Shown: piece by piece, positions 35,666-42,721 of the stretch
Numbering within the stretch: position 1 is the stretch's first letter
How the letters are laid out: each line of letters begins with the position of its first letter
Origin: Candidatus Vogelbacteria bacterium
GTDB lineage: Bacteria; Patescibacteriota; Minisyncoccia; Phycocordibacterales; XYD1-FULL-46-19
NCBI GenBank assembly: GCA_903864935.1
Contig: CAIPHT010000004.1
Location: 1 to 42,721 of the forward strand
DNA: 42,721 nt
Direction of reading: 5' to 3'
Notes under the pieces: generated by a model
The model's database searches: none
Seen by the model: the letters and a program-made list of their open reading frames with translations, nothing else
What the model was told of the DNA's origin: nothing
Position numbers and translations under genes: made by a program

Positions 35666-36241
35666 ATGAGCGAGTCGCTCTTCTTCTACTATCTAATTAT
35701 CTGGCCACCCCTAGGATATTTCCTGGGGGTTGTTGGTATGTTGATTGAGGGTGATATTACTTGGTTTACACTATCCTTTCTCACTAGCCAAGGCCTCTTC
35801 AATTTCTGGTTAATGTTGCCGGTCGTCTTCTTCGGGATGCTGGCGAGTGATTTAATCTTTTTCTTCATCGGTCGCAAGATTGAGTATTTCCCTCGTTTTG
35901 TTAAACTTTGGTCCAATAAGATCGCGGAGCCTTTTGACAGGCAACTTAATCGCCGTCCAAGACAAACGCTCTTCATTTCCAAATTTGCTTATGCTATCCA
36001 CAAGCCAATTTTGGTGCGAATGGGGATGACCGATAAGACGTATCGTGAATTTATTAAGCAGGATATCCCAGCCATTTGTTTTTGGGCGGTGGTCATTGGT
36101 AGTTTGGGTTATTTCTCGGGGGTCTCTTTTACCCTCGTCCAGCAATACTTGCATTATGCGGAGCTCGGGCTACTTATCGGGCTAATTATTTTCTTTGTTG
36201 TTATTAAGGTTGTGACAAAATATTCAATTAAAAAATTATAA
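35666..36241 (+). CDS. DedA-family membrane protein
   Basis: LIEGD, G...SDLIFFFIGR, LFISKF, LGYFSG. Confidence 0.82.
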   Translation: MSESLFFYYLIIWPPLGYFLGVVGMLIEGDITWFTLSFLTSQGLFNFWLMLPVVFFGMLASDLIFFFIGRKIEYFPRFVKLWSNKIAEPFDRQLNRRPRQTLFISKFAYAIHKPILVRMGMTDKTYREFIKQDIPAICFWAVVIGSLGYFSGVSFTLVQQYLHYAELGLLIGLIIFFVVIKVVTKYSIKKL

Positions 36242-36251
36242 ATAATATAAG

Positions 36252-36956
36252 ATGAGACAAAACCGCTTTTATAGCCAAGAAGACTTAGGGGATAAGGACT
36301 TAGAAATTACTGATCCGCTTATTCTTAATCAATTAAGAAAAGTTTTGCGGTCCAAGCCGGGGGACGAGATCTCTCTTTTTGACGGACGAGGTTTAGAACT
36401 TCGGGCTAAGATTATAGAGTTTAATAAAAATTCTGTTCGACTCTCTGTTCTCGAGCGAGAACTTAGAGAAAAAGAAGAACCAGAGGTCTGTCTTTATCTT
36501 GCTTTGCTTAAAAAAGAGAATTTCGAATTAGCGGTGCAGAAGGCGGTCGAGGCCGGGGTTAATAAGATAATTCCGCTTGTCACCGAACGGACAATTAAGT
36601 TTGGATTAAAGACAGAGCGCTTGTCTCTGATTATTAAGGAAGCGACAGAGCAATCGGGGCGAGCCTTTTTACCAGACTTAAGCGAACCTGTTAATTTTTC
36701 TGTTGCCTTGGGTAAGGTTAAAGATTCTGATTCCCTAAATATCTTTTGTGATTTAGAGAAAGAAAATGATAAAAAGTTGTTGACGAATTCTCGCTCAATA
36801 AATCTTTTTGTCGGCCCAGAAGGCGGGTGGAGCGAGAAAGAGCAGGAGCTAGCTCAGTCTTCTGATTTCACTTTCTATTCTCTTGGTCGGTCTGTTTTGC
36901 GAGCCGAGACCGCGGCGGTTGTTGTAACTTGGTTGGCCGTTAACAACAAGCTTTAA
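36252..36956 (+). CDS. rsmE: 16S rRNA U1498 methyltransferase
   Basis: KVLR...GD, QKAVEAGV, EATEQSGR, VGPEGGWS, LGRSVLRAETA. Confidence 0.95.
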   Translation: MRQNRFYSQEDLGDKDLEITDPLILNQLRKVLRSKPGDEISLFDGRGLELRAKIIEFNKNSVRLSVLERELREKEEPEVCLYLALLKKENFELAVQKAVEAGVNKIIPLVTERTIKFGLKTERLSLIIKEATEQSGRAFLPDLSEPVNFSVALGKVKDSDSLNIFCDLEKENDKKLLTNSRSINLFVGPEGGWSEKEQELAQSSDFTFYSLGRSVLRAETAAVVVTWLAVNNKL

Positions 36957-36975
36957 TTGTGTTAGAATCAAAAAT

Positions 36976-37638
36976 ATGAAATCTTGGTATCTATTTGCCA
37001 TCTTAGCTCTAGTTGTCCTTATTGAGGCTTTGGTGGTGGTACCTGTTGTCTCTAACCCGGGGCGTCGTTTTCTCGCTGCGGTGCTACCTTCTGTGGTTAT
37101 TAATTACGCCAACACCGATAGACAACAGGCCAGAGAAATAACTTTAAAAGAGAACCCCCTTCTGGCCAAAGCGGCAACCGAGAAGGCTCTTGATATGGCG
37201 GCGCGCGGTTATTTCTCCCATGTTGGCCCTAAGGGCGAGACACCTTGGACTTGGCTCGATAAGGTTGGCTATGATTACGTTTATGCCGGAGAGAATTTGG
37301 CGGTTAATTTCTTCGATTCTGGAGATGTTCATCGGGCTTGGATGAATTCGCCAGCGCATCGAGAAAATATTTTGGATAAGCGGTTTACGGAGGTTGGGAT
37401 CGGTACCGCCCCCGGCAAATTTAACGGTCGGGATAGCTTGTATGTGGTGGAATTTTTTGGTAGCACGGGTACCTCTCTTTCTCTTGCCTCAAGTACTCAG
37501 ATTATTTCTCAGAATAATTCTTCATTGCTCTCCGCTGTTGCCAGTATTCCCAACGGAGTCTTAAGTCTTAATCGTCGCTTCATACTCTCCCTTCTTGTCC
37601 TCTTGGGTTATGACTTGCCGAGTGGTAAGATTATCTAG
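36976..37638 (+). CDS. CAP/SCP-domain secreted protein
   Basis: DMAARGYFSH, AGENLA, WMNSPAHRENIL, EVGIG. Confidence 0.92.
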   Translation: MKSWYLFAILALVVLIEALVVVPVVSNPGRRFLAAVLPSVVINYANTDRQQAREITLKENPLLAKAATEKALDMAARGYFSHVGPKGETPWTWLDKVGYDYVYAGENLAVNFFDSGDVHRAWMNSPAHRENILDKRFTEVGIGTAPGKFNGRDSLYVVEFFGSTGTSLSLASSTQIISQNNSSLLSAVASIPNGVLSLNRRFILSLLVLLGYDLPSGKII

Positions 37639-37644
37639 TAAATT

Positions 37645-38529
37645 ATGTTTTTAAAAATATTACGCCAAATATTTTGGCTCCTGGTTTATCTTTTTGCGCT
37701 AATTGGTTTTATTTTGGTGGCGGGTTTTTTTGCTTTGCGTTTTGGTTGGACGAATACTTCGGGGACGGTTGACTTCAACGACCGTTATTTTAAAGAGGTG
37801 ATTGGCCAAATTAGGCAAAATAACGCCACAAGTTCAGACCAAGAGATCTCTGATAGTAACAAGCAAGAGTTAGGAACAGTTTCGGCGGCTTGGATGGATA
37901 CTCTCGACTGGCCAGTGTTAAAAGAAGCGATTACTAAAGATGCGCCTCAGATTAAGAAGGTGAGTGGGGAGACCGGCGTGCCAGAGCGCCTGATTGTCTC
38001 AATGTTGGTGCCCGAGCAATTGCGACTCTATACCTCGGAGCGAGAAGTGTTCAAACAATTCTTCCAGCCACTTAAGATCCTTGGCGTCCAGAGCCAATTC
38101 TCTTGGGGGGTGATGGGGATTAAAGAAGAGACGGCCAAACAAATCGAGGCTAATCTTAAAGATAAGACCTCTCCTTTTTACCTTGGTCCTGATTATGAAA
38201 ATCGTTTGGACTTTAGCACGGAGGATATCTCGAGTGAACGCTTTAATAGATTGATTGATAGTAAGAATCATTATTACTCTTATCTCTATTCGGCTCTTTT
38301 TCTTAAACAAATTATGAGGCAATGGGACTTGGCCGGCTATAATATTAGCAATCGACCTGAACTTCTGGCCACGCTCTTCAATCTTGGTTTTAGTAAATCA
38401 ACACCCAAGGCTCTACCTCAGGTTGGGGGAGCGGAGATTGACGTGGGGGGAGAGAAATATAGTTTTGGTGGTCTAGCCTTCCAATTTTATTACTCCAAAG
38501 AATTATTAGATTATTTCCCTTGGCAATAA
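37645..38529 (+). CDS. Membrane-anchored hypothetical protein, possibly lysozyme-like fold
   Basis: N-terminal TM; PEQLR, SWGVMGIK and LATLFNLG loosely resemble SLT motifs. The fold is tentative. Confidence 0.65.
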   Translation: MFLKILRQIFWLLVYLFALIGFILVAGFFALRFGWTNTSGTVDFNDRYFKEVIGQIRQNNATSSDQEISDSNKQELGTVSAAWMDTLDWPVLKEAITKDAPQIKKVSGETGVPERLIVSMLVPEQLRLYTSEREVFKQFFQPLKILGVQSQFSWGVMGIKEETAKQIEANLKDKTSPFYLGPDYENRLDFSTEDISSERFNRLIDSKNHYYSYLYSALFLKQIMRQWDLAGYNISNRPELLATLFNLGFSKSTPKALPQVGGAEIDVGGEKYSFGGLAFQFYYSKELLDYFPWQ

Positions 38530-38530
38530 T

Positions 38531-39043
38531 ATGGTCTTAACGCCTCATTCCATCGCCGGTGCGGCCATCGCTTCTTTCTTCAAACTTAATCCTTTCACCG
38601 CCTTTTTTGCTGGCTTCCTCAGTCATTTTTTTCTTGATGCTGTACCACACTGGGATTATAAACTTAAGTCCGAATATAAAGATTTAGAGAATCCGATGAA
38701 CGGCGATCTTATTATCGGTCGAGACTTTTATTTTGATTTGGTAAAAATCGGCTTTGACGCGCTTCTTGGTCTGTCCCTGGCCGTCTTTTTCTTTAATTTT
38801 GGATTAGGAGTTTCTCTTGAGATCGTGCTTGCCGGAGTTATTGGAGCCCTGGCGCCTGATGCGTTACAATTTGTCTATACCAAGTGGCGCAAAGAGCCCT
38901 TAATCTCTTTGCAAAGAACTCATCTTCTTTTTATCAATTTCTTTCAAAAGAAAATCGAGAGTCCTTTTTGGGGTCTCTCGATGTATTGCTTTGTTGTCGT
39001 TCTTTTTCTCTTTTTGGGGAGTTTGGGTGTCTTTAGTTTGTAA
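38531..39043 (+). CDS. Membrane-bound metal-dependent hydrolase-like protein
   Basis: TPHSIAG, SHFFLDAVPHWD, LAPD motifs. Confidence 0.7.
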   Translation: MVLTPHSIAGAAIASFFKLNPFTAFFAGFLSHFFLDAVPHWDYKLKSEYKDLENPMNGDLIIGRDFYFDLVKIGFDALLGLSLAVFFFNFGLGVSLEIVLAGVIGALAPDALQFVYTKWRKEPLISLQRTHLLFINFFQKKIESPFWGLSMYCFVVVLFLFLGSLGVFSL

Positions 39044-39605
39044 GAAGATCGTCAACTTTACCCACCATACCAGTAACGTCACCTTCAATACCCGTAACTT
39101 CACCCTCGAGACCTGAAGCATTGCCCGATAAGTTGGTGGTATTGCCTCTAAGTCTAGAGATATCCCCTGATAAGTTTGTAACGTTGCCGGAGATATTGGT
39201 GACATCACCTTGGATACTTGAGACATCGCCAATTAGGTCGCTAACATTGCCGCGAAGTTTGGTCGCATCGCCGCGAATATTGGTCACTTCGCCTCGCAAA
39301 TTGCTCATATCACCATAGAGGCCTGAGACGTCACCGGAGATATTAGTTACATCTCCGGTGAGATGTGTAACATTACCTCGAATGTTAGAGACATCCCCTT
39401 TGATATTAGAGACGGTGCCGAAGATGCCCGCAATGTTACCGCTAATATTACTCGCATTGCCGGTAATTTTGTGGATAGTCACGTCGCCATAAATTTTAGA
39501 GACATCGCCTCGGAGGTTGGCAAAGTCGCCCCAGATGGCTGGGTGGGGGTTCTCAATATTCTCAGTATTTTCTTTTATTTTTGGATTGATGCGTTGAAGT
39601 GTCAT
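39033..39605 (-). CDS. 7-residue tandem-repeat protein
   Basis: More than 20 copies of G(D/N/E)(V/A/I)(S/T)x(I/L)x. Confidence 0.85.
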   Translation of the reverse strand: MTLQRINPKIKENTENIENPHPAIWGDFANLRGDVSKIYGDVTIHKITGNASNISGNIAGIFGTVSNIKGDVSNIRGNVTHLTGDVTNISGDVSGLYGDMSNLRGEVTNIRGDATKLRGNVSDLIGDVSSIQGDVTNISGNVTNLSGDISRLRGNTTNLSGNASGLEGEVTGIEGDVTGMVGKVDDLLTN

Positions 39606-39650
39606 ATTTTTTTGATACTAGATAATAAATGCTATATACTAGCTACTAAT

Positions 39651-40454
39651 ATGACTATTATAACATCAATTGTCTTGGGAATAGTAGAGGGGATTACCGA
39701 ATTCTTGCCCATCTCTTCGACGGGGCACCTAATTCTCGCCTCACAGGTTTTGCGTCTTGGGCAAACAGAGTTTCTTAAGAGCTTCGAAATTATTATTCAA
39801 CTTGGGGCTATTGGCGCTGTTGTTGCTCTTTATTGGCGACAATTGCTTGTTAACTGGCAAGTGATGAAGCGCGTGGCCGTTGCCTTTATTCCCACCGCTA
39901 TCATTGGTTTGATTCTCTATAAAATAATTAAGTCTTATCTGCTAGGCAATTCTTGGGTGGTGGTTGTGAGTCTCTTTGCTGGTGGTCTAATTTTAATCTT
40001 TTTTGAATTATGGCTAACTAAAAAAGATACTAAATCACTTGGAGGCTTAGCCTCCAAGTTAAAGATTGATAGCCTAGAGAAAATTTCTTATAAAAATTCT
40101 GTGATTATTGGACTCTGCCAGTCCTTGGCCGTTATCCCCGGCGTCTCTCGTTCGGCGGCCACTATTGTTGGGGGGCTCGCCTTAAATATCAAAAGAGAAG
40201 CGATTGTCGAATTTTCTTTCTTGCTCGCGGTCCCGACAATGTTGGCCGCGACGGGTTTAGACTTGGTTAAATCTTCGCCCAATTTTACTGTTAGTGAGTT
40301 TGGATTGTTGCTTATTGGCTTTATGGTTTCCTTCTTAGTTGCCCTCATGGCCATCAAAACTTTCTTAGCTTATATCAAGAACAATAATTTTATTGCTTTT
40401 GGCATTTACCGTATTATCGTGGCCATTGTTTTTGCCCTCGTTTTTCTCGTTTGA
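39651..40454 (+). CDS. uppP: Undecaprenyl-diphosphate phosphatase
   Basis: GIVEGITEFLPISSTGHL, IQLGA, PGVSRSAATI, EFSFLLAVP. Confidence 0.96.
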   Translation: MTIITSIVLGIVEGITEFLPISSTGHLILASQVLRLGQTEFLKSFEIIIQLGAIGAVVALYWRQLLVNWQVMKRVAVAFIPTAIIGLILYKIIKSYLLGNSWVVVVSLFAGGLILIFFELWLTKKDTKSLGGLASKLKIDSLEKISYKNSVIIGLCQSLAVIPGVSRSAATIVGGLALNIKREAIVEFSFLLAVPTMLAATGLDLVKSSPNFTVSEFGLLLIGFMVSFLVALMAIKTFLAYIKNNNFIAFGIYRIIVAIVFALVFLV

Positions 40455-40530
40455 CAGACTTTCAACCTGAGAGTTAAATAGAGTTAGGTGTTTTGTTTTT
40501 TATTTGGTGTCCGAACTGGAGGGCTAAGTC

Positions 40531-40917
40531 ATGGCAGTTGCCTTGTCGGCGAAGGTGGTAACCCTTTTTGTCTCAGGTGGAGTACGGTGCGAAGGAAAAA
40601 AGGAGGAAACCTGGTTTTTTGAACTTACCTATGTCTGTCCTGGGGATAATGTCCCTTACCCGGGGACTAGCTGTGAGAAGCCAAAAGCTATTCCGGCTGA
40701 CGAGTTTTTCTGGGATCGATTCGAGAAGTGGCTTCTTGACTACCGGAAGAGAATGGCTGGTGGCCGTCTGCTAGAGGGAGAAATCAGATTTTTTTCTTCC
40801 TTCAAGAAACCGATCGGGAGGGATTGGCCAAAGGTCAAGCAGATTGCTGTTCGGGTTTTCCCAGAACTGGAAGTTTGGGTCAGGAGGAAAAGGAAGAGAG
40901 GGAAAAATCTCTTCTAA
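40531..40917 (+). CDS. Orphan hypothetical protein
   Basis: TTGACA at 40451, SD GGAGGG, terminator at 40936-40965. Confidence 0.65.
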   Translation: MAVALSAKVVTLFVSGGVRCEGKKEETWFFELTYVCPGDNVPYPGTSCEKPKAIPADEFFWDRFEKWLLDYRKRMAGGRLLEGEIRFFSSFKKPIGRDWPKVKQIAVRVFPELEVWVRRKRKRGKNLF

Positions 40918-41002
40918 TGGGAAGTCTGTCTGTCCCCGCGCGCTTGGAGAAGCGCGCGGTTTTTTCTTGCCCTGAGCCTCGTCGAAGGGTTATAATGCCC
41001 CC

Positions 41003-41752
41003 ATGACATATAAAATTGTATTAATTCGCCATGGCGAAAGTGTGTGGAATAAGGAGAATCGTTTTACCGGCTGGGTTGATGTTGACCTGACAGAATTAGG
41101 CGAGCATGAGGCCCATAGTGCTGGCCAATTATTAAAAGAGAAAGGTTTTGTCTTTGATCTGGCTTTTACTTCGGTGCTCAAGCGAGCCAACAAAACGCTC
41201 GGTATTGTCTTATCTGAGATGGGCGAGGAGGGGATAGAAATCAGAAAATCATGGAAGCTTAATGAGAGACATTATGGCGCGCTCCAAGGTCTTAATAAAT
41301 CTGAGACAGCGGCCAAGTATGGCGAAGAGCAGGTGAAGATTTGGCGTCGCGGTTATGATGTTGTCATCCCACCGCTTGATAAAGACAGTGAGATGTATCC
41401 AGGCAAAGATCCGCTCTACGCCAATTTAACCCCCGCCGAGATTCCTCTAACTGAGAATTTGAAAAATGTGGTTGAACGTGTGACGCCATATTGGGAGCAG
41501 GAGATTGCCCCAGCCATTAAAGAGGGGAGACAAATTATTATTGCCGCCTCCGGTAATAGCTTGCGCGCTCTAGTAAAATATCTAAGCAATTTTTCCGAAG
41601 AAGAAATTGTCGAATTCAATTTTCCTACCGGTATTCCGCTAGTCTACGAGCTAGACGAGAATCTCAAACCAACCAATCGTTATTTCCTTGCCGACGAAGC
41701 TGCCCTCCAAGCCGCTCTCGACAAAGTCGCCAACCAGGGCAAAAAAGCGTAA
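41003..41752 (+). CDS. gpmA: 2,3-bisphosphoglycerate-dependent phosphoglycerate mutase
   Basis: [50 protein letters not shown]. Confidence 0.96.
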   Translation: MTYKIVLIRHGESVWNKENRFTGWVDVDLTELGEHEAHSAGQLLKEKGFVFDLAFTSVLKRANKTLGIVLSEMGEEGIEIRKSWKLNERHYGALQGLNKSETAAKYGEEQVKIWRRGYDVVIPPLDKDSEMYPGKDPLYANLTPAEIPLTENLKNVVERVTPYWEQEIAPAIKEGRQIIIAASGNSLRALVKYLSNFSEEEIVEFNFPTGIPLVYELDENLKPTNRYFLADEAALQAALDKVANQGKKA

Positions 41753-41764
41753 AAACTTAAGGGA

Positions 41765-41880
41765 TTGACTTTTTGTGATATTTCCGCTAATATTTATGTA
41801 TACCTCCAGTCACTTCGGTGGCCGGACGCGAAACCGCAACTTTTGTTGCGGTTTCTGCTGTTAATAGTAAAATTAATAGC
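41765..41880 (+). promoter_or_regulatory. Promoter and three-hairpin leader of the NYN gene
   Basis: TTGACT-17-TAATAT; hairpins at 41805-41826 (cUUCGg loop), 41830-41855 and 41857-41880. Confidence 0.6.
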
Positions 41881-42498
41881 ATGAAAATTTGTGTGTATAT
41901 TGATAGTTTTAATTTGTATTATGGAGCTTTGAAAGATACTCCCTATAAGTGGTTGGACGTATCAAAAATGTGTCAGTATCTTTTCCAAAAGCATGAGATT
42001 TCTAAAATTAAATATTTTACTGCTCGAGTAAAACTGAGACCCAATGAAAAGGATTTAGAAAAGCCCGTTAGACAACAAATATATTTTCGCGCTCTCAAAA
42101 CAATTCCCAATCTTGAAATGTACGAAGGAAGTTTTTTGGTCAATATGGTGCTGATGAAGAAAGCTGACAACTCTGGTTATGTAAAGGTTATCAAGACAGA
42201 AGAAAAAGGTAGTGATGTTAGTCTTGGGGCTCACTTGGTAAATGACGCGCATAAGAAAGAATTTGAAATGGCCGTCGTTATCTCTAATGATTCTGATTTG
42301 GTTGAGCCGATAAAAATAGTTACTCAAGAGCTAAATTATCCGGTGATTATCATTAGCCCCTATGGTACCAATACAATAAAGCTAAAAGAAATTTCTACCT
42401 CAGCCAGACAGATTCGCCGTGGTGTTTTGAAGATTAGTCAATTCCCAGATAAATTGTCTGATCAGTTTGGAGAATTTACTAAGCCCTCAACTTGGTAG
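41881..42498 (+). CDS. NYN (LabA/DUF88, PIN-like) domain protein, putative RNase
   Basis: YIDSFNLYY, YFTA, EEKGSDV, ISNDSDL acidic motifs. Confidence 0.9.
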   Translation: MKICVYIDSFNLYYGALKDTPYKWLDVSKMCQYLFQKHEISKIKYFTARVKLRPNEKDLEKPVRQQIYFRALKTIPNLEMYEGSFLVNMVLMKKADNSGYVKVIKTEEKGSDVSLGAHLVNDAHKKEFEMAVVISNDSDLVEPIKIVTQELNYPVIIISPYGTNTIKLKEISTSARQIRRGVLKISQFPDKLSDQFGEFTKPSTW

Positions 42499-42580
42499 AC
42501 TATAAAGTCGAAATCTCCCAAATTCCCTTATTTGTCGAAGTCCAACTTCGTAGACTATATAAAACAGGGGATATTATTTG

Positions 42581-42721
42581 TGTTTTAGGCACACACATTT
42601 GGCGGTTTAATTAGCTGATAATCTTTCAAGAATTCGTTTGGCGTTTTGCCGTTTAAACCGCAATGTTCTAGATTGTTGTAGTATATATTCCACCTTTTTA
42701 ATTTCTTTTGCAAATCCGCAA
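42581..42721 (-). mobile_element. 3' end of a second copy of the IS481-like element
   Basis: Exact reverse complement of 1-140; begins with TGT. Confidence 0.8.

Noticed and set aside
39363-39650. N-terminal extension of UppP in the ORF track
   Set aside because: It is the antisense shadow of the repeat gene; UppP homology and a -10 box support ATG 39651.
1-42721. 42-kb composite transposon or linear replicon with terminal inverted repeats
   Set aside because: The cargo is core chromosomal genes (obgE, glmS, rsmE, gpmA) and only transposase 3' ends are present; an assembly break is the simpler explanation.
1-42721. Alternative genetic code (UGA recoding as in Gracilibacteria/Absconditabacteria)
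   Set aside because: Conserved genes are full length under code 11, and TGA ends the ABC ATPase (24861) and uppP (40454) at the expected positions.

Overview
This 42.7 kb window looks like chromosomal DNA from a Patescibacteria/CPR (Parcubacteria-like) bacterium. That assignment is inferred from gene content and style only. Both ends are the same 140-bp 3' end of an IS481-like element in inverted orientation, most likely assembly breaks. The backbone carries housekeeping and accessory genes: a PAS histidine kinase with three stand-alone receivers, ABC-F, CSP, HI0933 flavoprotein, SWIB, SET, VanY-type peptidase, ObgE, an ECF sigma/MacAB-like operon, cupin, NRAMP, RRM, 2H phosphoesterase, GlmS, RsmI, DedA, RsmE, CAP, UppP, GpmA and NYN. 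Many of these look nearly leaderless, with a -10 hexamer 5-11 nt before the ATG. About a dozen orphan ORFs are interspersed, each built as a self-contained module: sigma70 promoter, structured leader, strong SD, ORF, GC-rich terminator. Three unrelated orphans share a ~104-nt promoter/leader block; two copies differ at only 3 positions and the third shows compensatory changes in a hairpin followed by TTGAAAT. Five modules, including a Phd/RelE toxin-antitoxin pair, are stacked between the SWIB and SET genes, with a recurring long palindrome at the junctions. This cassette-like expression system is the strongest candidate for an undescribed system. Other candidates are a stand-alone ~105-nt ncRNA, an array of bipartite palindromes at 32.7-33.1 kb, a 37-aa very basic protein, a 7-residue-repeat protein and a structured leader on the NYN gene. 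All family calls come from motif recognition by eye; no searches were run.
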